A program made the translations under genes and the position numbers. The notes under the pieces were generated by a model that was not told the DNA's origin, made no database searches, and saw nothing but the letters and a program-made list of their open reading frames with translations. From contig NIVC01000260.1 of the NCBI GenBank assembly GCA_002269645.1, positions 310,001 through 374,000 of the forward strand: a stretch of 64,000 bases of DNA. Direction: 5' to 3'. Each line of letters opens with the position of its first letter. The stretch's first letter is position 1. The DNA is from Macrostomum lignano. Its lineage: Eukaryota. This document shows, piece by piece, positions 51,523 through 64,000 of this stretch.

Positions 51523-52659
51523 GCTCGCTCGCTCTTTCTCGCTATCTACTATCTATTGCCAGGACCTGCACCGGAGCGGTTACGAAAATTAGACTTCTCG
51601 GTAGTTGCACGCACTCTTTTGCACTACTTGAGTAGTCTGATTTTCGTACGGCATGGCTGGTTCCAGCAGGTAGTTCCTCACGATAAAAGCGCTTACCGCG
51701 CCCATTGGCTTTCCAGCTGCCTTAATCGTTTCCGGTGATCTTGTGTGCGTGCTTTCAGCTTGATTGGCTGCGGCAAGGAAGCTCGAAAGAGCTCGCTTCG
51801 CTCGCTCTTTCTCGCTATCTACTATCTATCTATCTATCTATGGGTAGTTTTATTGCCACCCGACTGGAGAATATTGGCAATTGGGCACTGTTGCTGGCAC
51901 TTTAGTGAAGCCCTGCGCTCCCTGCCCACTTGTGCACTCCCCTCGCCCACCCCCGCCAAAGTAAGACTCGCTCCAACAAGTCCAACGCGCCACTTCTTCC
52001 TCATCCCCGTCTTTCAATCCCTGACCCCCTGCCGGCTTTATGGGTCCCCACTTAAGCGCCGCGCCATCTCCTCGGCAGCGCCAATATTTGACTGGAGTGG
52101 CTCCGCCTAATCCCGGCTGCACGAGAAGTTTTCTTCACTGCAAAACCGCACCGGACAGACTGAGCTGCGCGGGGCCAACCCGGCCACCACCCCTGCTCCG
52201 GCCCCAGCCTCCCTCACTCTCCTCTCCTATGCTGCAGATAAATACAGGAGCACAGTTTTATAAAAAATTGGTTTAAGGCATCAACATTCTTCGTCCTCCC
52301 GTTCTGCAACGGCTTTGTAGCGAGCCTCCGTTTTCTACGGCTGACGAATTTCGTGTCACCCCCACGGCTGAACTGAACACCTTTTTTGCTTGGAATTAAA
52401 GACAGAAGAAGACAAACTTGCACAGGAGAACAGGGAAGGGCTGGGAGAGAGCGGCACCTTCAGCCGGAGTCTCATTCGCGTCGCTAACAAGGCCCTTAAT
52501 TATGTGAGTCCTCTAATTGCACGGCCTTCCCTTTGCCTCGTGTACTTTTGCAGCTTCTGGATAGCAGGATTAATGCAGGTGGAACTGAAGAGAAACTTTT
52601 TGCATTTCTGCCTACACCTGTACTGAAGCAATCTGACTGCCACACTCAACAAGATGGAT

Positions 52660-53140
<481 letters not shown>

Positions 53141-53638
53141 GCTGCCAGCGCCCTCCCATCTCAGTTTCGCAGCTCCTCACCAAGCAGTTTTCAGTCCCGC
53201 AGCCCCAAGGCAGCCAGGGCGGTGGATGTTGCCTGCTGAATTATTTATAAGCATCTTCAGGCGCAGTCCAGCCGTTCCTTGAAACGAAGCCCCCAGAGCA
53301 AGCCGCGTGAGCAAAGTTTTACAAAACTCTCTCCATGCCCACCCTGGGACCCTGGGCGTTGCCAGCTAAAGTTTACTGGATGGGATTTCCATAGCGGCAA
53401 GAGAAACTTCCCATTACTTTACGTTTGAGATCTTAGGAGAAGTGCTTGCCGGGTGTGGCTGGGAACACGGGGCTGGTGAAGGCAATGCCGTTTCTGCCTA
53501 TTAGCCAGCAGGGCCCGTGGCTGTTTGCACCCAATCCGACGGACTGACAGTTTCGCTCAGACTTAAATAAGCTTCTGTGCATCCATCAGCTATCAAATTT
53601 CAATCCTTGCAGACAGACAGGCAGTACGACGCTGAGCC

Positions 53639-56600
53639 ATGCAGATTGACGCTCTCCCGGCTGTTCTGCTAGTAGCAGCAGCAGCAATCAATGTTGCGCT
53701 ACACTGCGAAGCCCTGGCCATACCCAGCCACAGCAGGCCCGAGCGGCAGGCCTCGGACAACGGGCACACAGTCTACCTGTACAAAGGCTCCCAGGTGTCC
53801 AGCATTCATGGCTTCAAGAGCAGCATTAGGGGCAAGTCGTTGTGGAATTACCTGGGCATTCCCTACGCCAAGCCGCCTGTGGGCCCGCTGCGGTTCAAGC
53901 CCACCGTGCCGCTGGACACGCCTCTGGGGACTTACAGCCAGCCCTTTGACGCCTCTCGAAAGCCGAAGACCTGCTACTACTGGCCCCTGAAACCGCAGGA
54001 TTTTGAGAAGAAGGTGCGTTCCAACTGCTAGCGACACATTTCTAGCGACACATTTCTAGTGACACATTTCTAGCGACCCATTTCTAGCGACACATTTCTA
54101 GCAACACATTTCTAGCGACACATTTCTAGCTGCACATTTCTAGCGACACATTTCTAGCGACACATTTATAGCGACACATTTATAGCGATATCTTTTTAAC
54201 GGCACATTTCTAGCGACACATTTCTAAGGCGGCTATGTATCATTCTGTGCAACTTTGTTTCACAAAAACTATTTGAAGGCTTCAGTAACTAGTTTTTTAA
54301 GAAACAGATGGTGCGCGTCTGTCTAGGCACCGGCGGACTGTCCTGCTAAGACGCAATAAACTATTCGACTGCAGCAACAACTCTCTCTCTCTCTCTCTCT
54401 CCCGCGCAGAACCCGGCCCTGATGATGTGGTGGAACAATACCGAGATGTCCGAGGACTGCCTCTACCTAAACGTCTGGACGCCAACCTTGGACAAGGCGG
54501 GAGAGAAGGGCAAGGCTGGCAAGGCCGTCATGGTGTGGATCTACGGCGGCGGCTTCTTTGGCGGCTCGTCCTCGCTCGAAGTCTACGACGGCGCGGTGCT
54601 GGCGGCGACTGGCGACGTTGTTGTCGCCTCGATGCAGTATCGGACTGGAGCACTCGGCTTCATGTTCTTGGACGACACCGAGGCACCGGGAAATGCGGGA
54701 CTGTACGACCAGTACAGAGCGATTCAGTGGATTCACGAGCACATCCAGTGAGTGAGACTTGTGCGTTCACGGGAATTGTAGATTGTAGTTTCCCGTCCAA
54801 GTGCACTTTTACAGACCCGGGACTGTACACGCTGAGAACCTTCTGGATCTTACCTGTGTCCCAATACCCACAGTCTCCTATATATATACTGAGTGTACCT
54901 GTGTCCCAATACCCACAGACTCCAATATATATACTGAGTGTACCTGTGTCCCAATACCCACAGACTCCTATATATATACTGAGTGTACCTGTGTCCCAAT
55001 ACCCACAGACTCTTATATATATGCCGAGTGTACCTGTGTCCCAATACCCACAGACTCCAATATATATACTGAGTGTACCTGTGTCCCAATACCCACAGAC
55101 TCTTATATATATACTGAGTGTACCTGTGTCCAAATACACACAAACTCCAATATATATGCCGAGTGTACCTGTGTCCCAATACCCACAGACTCCTATATAT
55201 ATGCCGAGTGTACCTGTGTCCCAATACCCACAGACTCCTATATATACTGAGTGTACCTGTGTCCCAATACCCACAGACTCTTATATATATACTGAGTGTA
55301 CCTGTGTCCCAATACCCACAGACTCCTATATATATACTGAGTGTACCTGTGTCCCAATACCCCTGACTAATCTGAGTCTCCCTGTTGACCCCTATTGAAT
55401 TTCCCCTGTCCAGACAGCAGTTTTGCATGAGTCAGCCAGCGTTAACTGCTGCCTGGAGCTTCAATATTTTTACCATATTCGATTTCAAGGATTCTCCGTT
55501 TGAGCCTAGGCTTGTACTTTAACAGCCAGGGCTTCGCTGGATTAAAGGAAGTGAAATTGGGAGTTTGATTGATGGGATATCGGGCGAGGGGTGCTCGGGG
55601 AGCGGAGCCTTTGCTGCCTCCCTGGAGATGGTCTGGGGATTCTGCCCAGCAGCCTTCGTTCCCATCTCCCCCCTGCCCTCGATTCCGAGTTGCAATTTGG
55701 AGCAAAAGAATTTTTCTCTGCATGCAAGCTAATTACAGCGGCTGAATGCCCAGAATAAATATTCTTGGCTGCAGAAATGCTCCATACTGACTACTACTCT
55801 TGACTGGAACTGTTAGTAGTCACGTACAGCTCAAACCTGAAAGCTTGCTTTTCGAACTTTTGGTTCGCTTGTTTTTAGTTGCTAAGGGCTTTGGGTGCCA
55901 CTGAAAATGGCACCCACCCCCTGAGCACGCACAAAGATGCACACGGATGCACACGGATGCACACGGATGCATGCACGGATGCACACGGATGACGATGGAT
56001 GCACATGGATGCACACGGATGCCGATGGATGCACACGGATACACACGGATGCATGCACGGATGCACACGGATGCCGATGGATGCACATGGATGCACACGG
56101 ATGCCGATGGATGCACACGGATGCACACGGATGCACACGGATGCACACGGATGCACACGGATGCACACGGATGCACACGGATGCACACGGATGCATGCAC
56201 GGATGCACACGGATGCCGATGGATGCACATGGATGCACACGGATGCCGATGGATGCACACGGATGCACACGGATGCACACGGATGCACACGGATGCACAC
56301 GGATGCACACGGATGCACACGGATGCACACGGATGCACACGGATGCACACGGATGCACACGGATGCACATGGATGCACACGGATGCCGATGGATGCACAC
56401 GGATGCACACGGATGCACACGGATGCACACGGATGCACACGGATGCACACGGATGCACACGGATGCACACGGATGCACACGGATGCACACGGATGCACAC
56501 GGATGCACACGGATGCACACGGATGCACACGGATGCACACGGATGCATGCACGGATGCACACGGATGACGATGGATGCACATGGATGCACACGGATGCCG

Positions 56601-59600
56601 ATGGATGCACACGGATGCACACGGATGCATGCACGGATGCACACGGATGCCGATGGATGCACATGGATGCACACGGATGCCGATGGATGCACACGGATGC
56701 ACACGGATGCACACGGATGCACACGGATGCACACGGATGCACATGGATGCACACGGATGCCGATGGATGCACACGGATGCACACGGATGCACACGGATGC
56801 ACACGGATGCACACGGATGCACACGGATGCACACGGATGCACACGGATGCACATGGATGCACACGGATGCCGATGGATGCACACGGATGCACACGGATGC
56901 ACACGGATGCACACGGATGCACACGGATGCACACGGATGCACACGGATGCACACGGATGCACACGGATGCACACGGATGCACACGGATGCACACGGATGC
57001 ACTCGGATGCACTCGGATGCACACGGATGCACACGGATGCACTCGGATGCACACGGATGCACACGGATGCACTCGGATGCACACGGATGCACACGGATGC
57101 ACACGGATGCACACGGATGCACACGGATGCACACGGATGCACACGGATGCACATGGATGCACACGGATGCCGATGGATGCACACGGATGCACACGGATGC
57201 ACACGGATGCACACGGATGCACACGGATGCACACGGATGCACACGGATGCACACGGATGCACACGGATGCACACGGATGCACTCGGATGCACACGGATGC
57301 ACACGGATGCACACGGATGCACTCGGATGCACACGGATGCACACGGATGCACTCGGATGCACACGGATGCACACGGATGCACTCGGATGCACACGGATGA
57401 CGATGGATGCACATGGATGCACACGGATGCCGATGGATGCACACGGATGCACACGGATGCATGCACGGATGCACACGGATGACGATGGATGCACATGGAT
57501 GCACACGGATGCACACGGATGCACACGGATGCACACGGATGCACTCGGATGCACACGGATGCACTCGGATGCACACGGATGCACACGGATGCACACGGAT
57601 GCACACGGATGCACACGGATGCACTCGGATGCACACGGATGCACTCGGATGCACACGGATGCACACGGATGCACTCGGATGCACACGGATGCACACGGAT
57701 GCACTCGGATGCACACGGATGCACACGGATGCACTCGGATGCACACGGATGCACACGGATGCACTCGGATGCACACGGATGCACACGGATGCACTCGGAT
57801 GCACACGGATGCACACGGATGCACTCGGATGCACACGGATGCACACGGATGCACTCGGATGCACACGGATGCACACGGATGCACTCGGATGCACACGGAT
57901 GCACACGGATGCACTCGGATGCACACGGATGCACACGGATGCACTCGGATGCACACGGATGCACACGGATGCACTCGGATGCACACGGATGCACACGGAT
58001 GCACTCGGATGCACACGGATGCACACGGATGCACTCGGATGCACACGGTTGCCATAGTTGCCTCTGGTATCATAGTTGCCACTTAAGGCCCCATCTTGGG
58101 TGACAAGTAGCAATCTGGAGGGCCCACGTCATGCACTTGAGGCGGAGCAGCTCAGCGATAAACTCCCCGACTCTCACGTCACGGCCCCTGGTTCGATTCG
58201 CATGCCTGACGAATAGAAAGCCAGGACCGATGTACACCCTGTGTGAGCGCGTGCATGGTGCGCGCCTGCGTACAGCATTGGCATTCTTTTGTGTGCTCAG
58301 AAGTCAGCGGAATGAGCAGAATTGCCGTCCTCAGATTTCATGTTCACATCATGTCTTTTGATTTACATCTCTACTCACTTCAACCGCCCCCCCCCCCGCG
58401 AAAAAAATTCAGTGCCTTCGGTGGAGACAACAGCCAGATCACGCTGTTCGGCGAGTCAGCCGGTGCCGTGTCAGTGAGCTACCACCTGCTGTCGCCCTAC
58501 ACTCAAGGCTACTTCAGGCGAGCCATACTCAACAGCGGCAGTGCCATCGCCTGGTGGGCCAGCGAGGACCGCTGGGCAGCGTCCAGACGCTCGCTGACCC
58601 TCGCCAAGCTGGTGAAGTGCGGGCCCGATAACGACAGCACAGACGTGAATAAAATTATTGACTGCATGCGACAGGTGAGACTGTAGCGGTTTTTTGTTTT
58701 AGATAAAGTTATATTTAATATTGGTTATAACCAGTGCAACTATTGCAATTAATTCGCTAGGCATTCTTCTTGATCCAAAGGTTTTGTTAAAATAAATTTA
58801 ATTCGAATTCGTGCCAAAAAGGGACATTGTCAAGCTATAAATGTATAAACACTCCTTAAAAGACAGGGCCTATGGCCCTAAGCTAAAGCGAATTTTTTTC
58901 AAGATTAAAAAAACGTCTGGCTTTTAAATGTATTTTTTAAGGTTTTTTACTATTACGAGCTAGTTAAAAACGTCCGTTATTTGGCGCGAATTTGAACTCA
59001 ATTTAATTGCACGAGATTGAGCCAATGACCGTGAAGCGAGAATTTTAATTTTGTAGAAACTAATTTGTGATTAATTATAGAGGCTTGATTTTTACCTTAT
59101 GATAAGTCTAGACTCATAATGATAAATGATGACACCTGCCGCAGTTGAGCCAGATGTGCAACCGACAGCTCAGCCGCTGCTATTAATTGCGCGAAGCCTC
59201 TTAGGGCTGTGCACGGCTGTTCAGTCCACGGACTGGGGGTCGCCACACACAGCCTCAATTACCCCAGCTAATGCTGGCACCCATTTTACAGCTGAGTGAA
59301 CTGAAGCAATGCAGAGTTAAGTGTCTTGCTCAAGGACACAAATTGTTCCAGTGGGATCGAGATTCGAACCCCCGACCATCAAGTCGTGACTACGACACTC
59401 TAACCACTAGGCTACAACCCCGTTATAAACTAGACTCATAACAAGCTTATCAGTTTATCAGGCTTATCGAGACCCGAAATTATGAAAGACATTTCAGGTG
59501 TAAATTGGTTGCAAAATTAAATTAATTTCAATTAAAATTGTGCAATTAACTTTAATTAACAAACAGGTGACACCCGAGACTCTGCAGCAGCTGACTTGGA

Positions 59601-62600
59601 GCGCGATGAGCAACGAGATTAGAGAGCGCCGAATCCAATATGCTCAATACTATCAGCAGAATTTGCACAGGAATCAAGAGCCCGCCAACGAGGTTGCAAA
59701 CGTGGAAACCATGCTGTACTTTGACCTGCCGTTTAAGCCCGTTTATCCCTCGGATTTTATACCGAAAATGCCATTCATGCAGCTAAGAGACTCTGTGAAG
59801 AACCAGGACGTGAAGAGAGCGGATTTGCTGTTGGGTAAGTGTTGATAACTGAGCAGAACTGTGGAGCTGCGGAGTGGGGTGGCTGAGGATTGGGGTGGCT
59901 GAGGAGTAGGGTGGCTGAGGAGTAGGGTGGCTGAGGAGTGGCTGAGGAGTAGGGTGGCTGAGGAGTGGCTGAGGAGTAGGGTGGCTGAGGAGTGGCTGAG
60001 GAGTAGGGTGGCTGAGGAGTAGGGTGGCTGAGGAGTGGCTGAGGAGTAGGGTGGCTGAGGAGTAGGGTGGCTGAGGAGTGGCTGAGGAGTAGGGTGGCTG
60101 AGGAGTGGCTGAGGAGTAGGGTGGCTGAGGAGTGGCTGAGGAGTAGGGTGGCTGAGGAGTAGGGTGGCTGAGGAGTAGGGTGGCTGAGGAGTAGGGTGGC
60201 TGAGGAGTAGGGTGGCTGAGGAGTAGGGTGGCTGAGGAGTGGCTGAGGAGTAGGGTGGCTGAGGAGTGGCTGAGGAGTAGGGTGGCTGAGGAGTGGCTGA
60301 GGAGTAGGGTGGCTGAGGAGTAGGGTGGCTGAGGAGTAGGGTGGCTGAGGAGTGGCTGAGGAGTAGGGTGGCTGAGGAGTGGCTGAGGAGTAGGGTGGCT
60401 GAGGAGTAGGGTGGCTGAGGAGTAGGGTGGCTGAGGAGTGGCTGAGGAGTAGGGTGGCTGAGGAGTGGCTGAGGAGTAGGGTGGCTGAGGAGTGGCTGAG
60501 GAGTAGGGTGGCTGAGGAGTAGGGTGGCTGAGGAGTAGGGTGGCTGAGGAGTGGCTGAGGAGTAGGGTGGCTGAGGAGTGGCTGAGGAGTAGGGTGGCTG
60601 AGGAGTGGCTGAGGAGTAGGGTGGCTGAGGAGTGGCTGAGGAGTAGGGTGGCTGAGGAGTGGCTGAGGAGTAGGGTGGCTGAGGAGTGGGGTGGCTGAGG
60701 AGTAGGGGTGGCTGAGGAGTGGGGTGGCTGAGGAGTGGCTGAGGAGTGGGGTGGCTGAGGAGAGGGGTGGCTGAGGAGTGGGGTGGCTGAGGAGTGGGGT
60801 GGCTGAGGAGTAGGGTGGCTGAGGAGTAGGGTGGTTGAGGAGTGGCTGAGGAGTAGGGTGGCTGAGGAGTGGGGTGGCTGAGGAGTGGTGGGGTGGCTGA
60901 GGAGTGGGGTGGCTGAGGAGTGGTGGGGTGGCTGAGGAGTGGCTGAATAATTTCTTATCATTTGCGAATTAATTTTTGAATTAACAGTCAGACTCTGCCC
61001 TCCAATTTGCAGGTGTAGTCAAAAATGAAGGTGTGTTCTGGATCATGTACGCTCTGTACAAAATATTTCTGATCAGAAACAGAGAATGGAACATCCCGTT
61101 CTGGTGGGGTCAGCCAATGGACCCGCGGCTTAGCAAAGAGTATGAATACTATTCAAAATTTAGCAAAGAACTCGATATGGACACGGATCCACACAACCTA
61201 GTTGCTAGGTACTTCATTACCAACATCAACATGGACGGCCTCATATCCGAGGGCACCTCGTTCGAGTACCAGGTGCCTTCGAAACTTTTCGGCAAGACAT
61301 CCTGGACAGCTAAAGAAACCTTAGACGCACTGGACGCGATGACAAGCGACAAGAGCTTCAAGTGTCCGACAATTGAATTTGCGGAGAAGTACGCCCTCAT
61401 GCTCGGCAGAAATGCTGCTCATTCGATTTGGATGTACTCGTTTGAGCAGCGCAGTGAGCTGTTGCCGCTACCAGACTGGACAGGAGTTCTGCATGGCTAC
61501 GAGCTGGATTATGTGTTCGGCTCACCGTTCAATGAGCGCTTCACTGGGAAGTACTACAACTACACTGAGACTGAGAGGCAGTTCAGCGATGACTTGATGA
61601 AGTTCTGGACCAACTTTGCCAAGACTGGGTGAGCTTTTTATTCAGTTAACCCTCGAACGTTGGGGAAAACAATTGTCGGTTTATTATATTTGGGGTCCAA
61701 TAAACCCCAACATCTTTCGAGGGTTAAACTTTGTGTGCCAGGGCTTGCTGGGGGTTTCTTGCAAACTGCAAATAGTTTCACATAGAAATAAACCTTTGAA
61801 GCTGGCGCCCTCTCTGTAGCTAACTGGCGCCTGCTCTGGCGCCTCCTCTGTAGCTGGCGCCCTCACTGTAGCTGGCGCCCTCACTGTAGCTGGCGCCTCC
61901 TCTGTAGCTGGCGCCCTCACTGTAGCTGGCGCCCTCACTGTAGCTGGCGCCTCCTCTGTAGCTGGCGCCCTCACTGTAGCTGGCGCCCTCACTGTAGCTG
62001 GCGCCCTCACTGTAGCTGGCGCCTCCTCTGTAGCTGGCGCCCTCTCTGTAGCTGGCGCCTCCTCTGTAGCTGGCGCCCCCTCTGTAGCTGGCGCCCTCAC
62101 TGTAGCTGGCACCCTCACTGTAGCTGGCGCCCCCCTCTGTAGCTGGCTCCCCCATTTTAGCTGGCGCCTCCTCTGTAGCTGGCGCCCTCATTGTAGCTGG
62201 CGCCCTCATTGTAGCTGGCACCCCCTCTGTAGCTGGCGCCCTCATTGTAGCTGGCGCCCTCATTGTAGCTGGCACCCCCTCTGTAGCTGGCGCCCTCATT
62301 GTAGCTGGCGCCCTCATTGTAGCTGGCGCCCTCATTGTAGCTGGCGCCCTCATTGTAGCTGGCGCCCCCTCTGTAGCTGGCGCCCTCACTGTAGCTGGCG
62401 CCCTCATTGTAGCTGGCACCCCCCTCTGTAGCTGGCGCCCTCACTGTAGCTGGCGCCCTCATTGTAGCTGGCGCCCCCCTCTGTAGCTGGCGCCCCCTCT
62501 GTAGCTGGCGCCCTCACTGTAGCTGGCGCCCCTCATTGTAGCTGGCGCCCCCTCTGTAGCTAGCACCCTCTCTGTACCTGCGCCCCATCTGTAGCTGGCG

Positions 62601-63638
62601 CCTCCAAAACCAGGAAAGCAGGTTCTACTATAATGGAAAATATTTCGCAGTCTTACTGCATGATGGCCAACTCCCATGACATTAAGCTTCAGACTGTCGG
62701 GTTGCGGGTGATAGCTGTTATGATAGATCGACGAACTGTCGTACTGTAGCAATTTGATTATTTCACAAATCCCCAAACTCGCTATAGCAACCCCAACAGA
62801 ATGTCCGACTCGAGTGCACCGGACGGACCAGGCGCTTGGCCAGAATACGACGCGATCAACCGCAAGCACATTGTTCTCAAGGCCAGGTCGCCCACTAGCA
62901 GGGGATTTCAAATTGGCGAAAACTTGCGCAAAAGGCAGTGCAATTTTTGGCGTTATCAGGTGCAAAATCTTCGAAATTATACTAATCCGAAGCGTGAGTT
63001 TTTTGGCTCATTTGCCAGAAATGTTTTCTTATATTCCATAACTTATGTACTATAATATAGAGTTGTTTTTTTGTCCGATAGTTAGTCTGGTAGAGCAGGC
63101 AATGTACTGAGTACAGTTAGCATATTTGAGCATAATACAACAGTATGTTTGAGTACAGAGTGCAGTACAGTAGTTATGTTTGAGTACAGAGTGCAGTACA
63201 GTATCATATTTGAGTACAGAGTACATTACAGTAGTTTTGTTTGAGTACAGAGTACAGTGTAGTAGTCTGTTTGAGTACAGAGTACAGTGTAGTAGTCTGT
63301 TTGAGTACAGAGTACAGTGCAGTAGTCTGTTTGAGTACAGAGTACAGTGTAGTAGTCTGTTTGAGTACAGAGTACAGTGCAGTAGTCTGTTTGAGTACAG
63401 AGTACAGTAAAATAGTCTAGTAGAGTACACTTATAAATGGAGCCGTGGCATGGCAAGTCACCTTTGTCAAGCAACCGCCCACCCTCATCTTGCAGCAAAC
63501 TGCTCATCAGGAGTTGGGACTCGTCGTGCTCAAACAGTCGGCCCAACGAAATCGGCGACGTCCAAGCATAGTAGATTTCGAGGCGTCTTCTTAGTTCTGG
63601 TTGGGGCGTTTGAGCTGCTGCGGTTCCTTCATCTATAG
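53639..63638 (+). CDS. Acetylcholinesterase-like protein 2, 7 exons, ~735 aa, signal peptide and GPI-type C-terminus
   Basis: Exons 53639-54013, 54410-54747, 58413-58674, 59567-59834, 61013-61628, 62788-62993 and 63496-63638 all join in phase. Motifs: FGESAG, KNEG, GVLHGYELDYVFG. Tail PNCSSG..KSATSKHSRFRGVFLVLVGAFELLRFLHL*. Confidence 0.92.
54028..54228. repeat. 14-bp minisatellite GCGACACATTTCTA, intron 1 of cholinesterase 2
   Basis: Starts ~15 nt after the donor; same unit as 39143-39448. Confidence 0.9.
54850..55365. repeat. ~43-45-bp minisatellite ACTGAGTGTACCTGTGTCCCAATACCCACAGACTCCTATATATAT
   Basis: About 12 units in intron 2 of cholinesterase 2. Confidence 0.9.
55938..58048. repeat. 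10-bp satellite GGATGCACAC with variant blocks and a 30-bp higher-order period at the 3' end
   Basis: 2.1-kb array. Variants GGATGCCGAT, GGATGACGAT, GGATGCACAT and GGATGCACTC recur in ordered blocks. Confidence 0.95.
59130..59416 (-). mobile_element. tRNA-derived SINE (family A), near full length
   Basis: The minus strand begins TGTAGCCTAGTGGTTAGAGTG (A box)..GGGGTTCGAATCTCGATCCC (B box), followed by TGTGTCCTTGAGCAAGACACTTAAC..CTGTAAAATGGGTGCCAGC, a CORE/MIR-like central motif. A second copy lies at 9893-10091. Confidence 0.8.
59862..60945. repeat. 11/16-bp minisatellite GAGT(AGGGT)GGCTGAG, intron 4 of cholinesterase 2
   Basis: Starts ~27 nt after the donor and fills the intron. Confidence 0.93.
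61800..62605. repeat. 18-bp minisatellite TGTAGCTGGCGCCCTCA(C/T), intron 5 of cholinesterase 2
   Basis: Direct tandem units. Confidence 0.93.
63105..63425. repeat. 30-bp minisatellite GAGTACAGAGTACAGTG(T/C)AGTAGTCTGTTT
   Basis: About 10 units in the last intron of cholinesterase 2. Confidence 0.9.
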
Positions 63639-63751
63639 GTAACCAGCTTTAGTGACAGTTATTAAAAGAGGCATGTGCAGAGATGTCTGGATCCGCGGCC
63701 ACTGTTTGCAAGTTACCAAGGGCATCTTTCAGAAATCCATAAAATAGGGGG

Positions 63752-64000
63752 GCTCCCAGTGGTCTCGCGCCGTACTGATGTGCCAGCGGCCCAGGTTCGA
63801 TTCCACGTGCCAGTCACATTAATTTGGGGCTAAGTTGGAATCTCGGCTTGGCTCTGCTCGTGCAATTAACGGCCTTGAGGGCCAACCCCCCAAGGCACAG
63901 TGAAGTGTACATGACTAAGGATATATAAAGTTAGGGCCGCTGTACACTCCTGTGTGAGTGTGTGCCTGCGTACGTATCCGCGCGCTTGTGTGCCTGCTCA
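63752..64000 (+). mobile_element. Putative tRNA-derived SINE (family B)
   Basis: GGCTCCCAGTGG..GGTTCGATTCC (A/B-box-like). The body is shared in part with 58140-58270 (GGTTCGATTCG..GTACACCCTGTGTGAGCG) and 361-455. Confidence 0.45.

Noticed and set aside
55820-58113. 700+-aa Cys/His-rich ORFs (CIRVHPCASV, MHTDAHGCTR) resembling metallothionein or zinc-binding proteins
   Set aside because: A 10-bp satellite lacking stops in all six frames, inside a cholinesterase intron.
59783-62965. Pro/Ser- and Ala/Thr-rich repeat ORFs (SSATPQPP, MRAPAT)
   Set aside because: Antisense translations of intronic minisatellites of cholinesterase 2.

Overview
Eukaryotic, intron-rich animal DNA, not prokaryotic: GC-rich exons sit among AT-rich spacers, and most introns are inflated by unrelated tandem repeats. 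The overall style suggests a flatworm such as Macrostomum, but that is inference only. I reconstructed nine spliced genes by hand from GT-AG junctions with consistent phases. On the minus strand: MRPL13, PIK3C3/Vps34 (6 exons), NDUFA2, a secreted Asn-rich repeat protein (2 exons), a CNBD1-like cyclic-nucleotide-binding protein and an unassigned ~260-aa gene. On the plus strand: an RDH-like short-chain dehydrogenase and two tandem acetylcholinesterase-like genes, both ending in GPI-type tails. Mobile DNA includes a mariner-type MITE, a decayed mariner with an RTE fragment inserted in it, a decayed Ty3/Gypsy element with a non-LTR insertion (14-bp TSD), an 8-bp-TSD MITE and tRNA-derived SINEs. 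The best leads are (1) a candidate trans-spliced operon NDUFA2-PIK3C3-MRPL13, in which MRPL13 may take its start codon from the spliced leader, (2) the secreted NNREVDNKY-repeat protein, and (3) apparent gene conversion of the catalytic core between the two cholinesterase paralogues. Most long ORFs in the ORF track are artefacts of tandem repeats. No database searches were run; family calls rest on recognised motifs.
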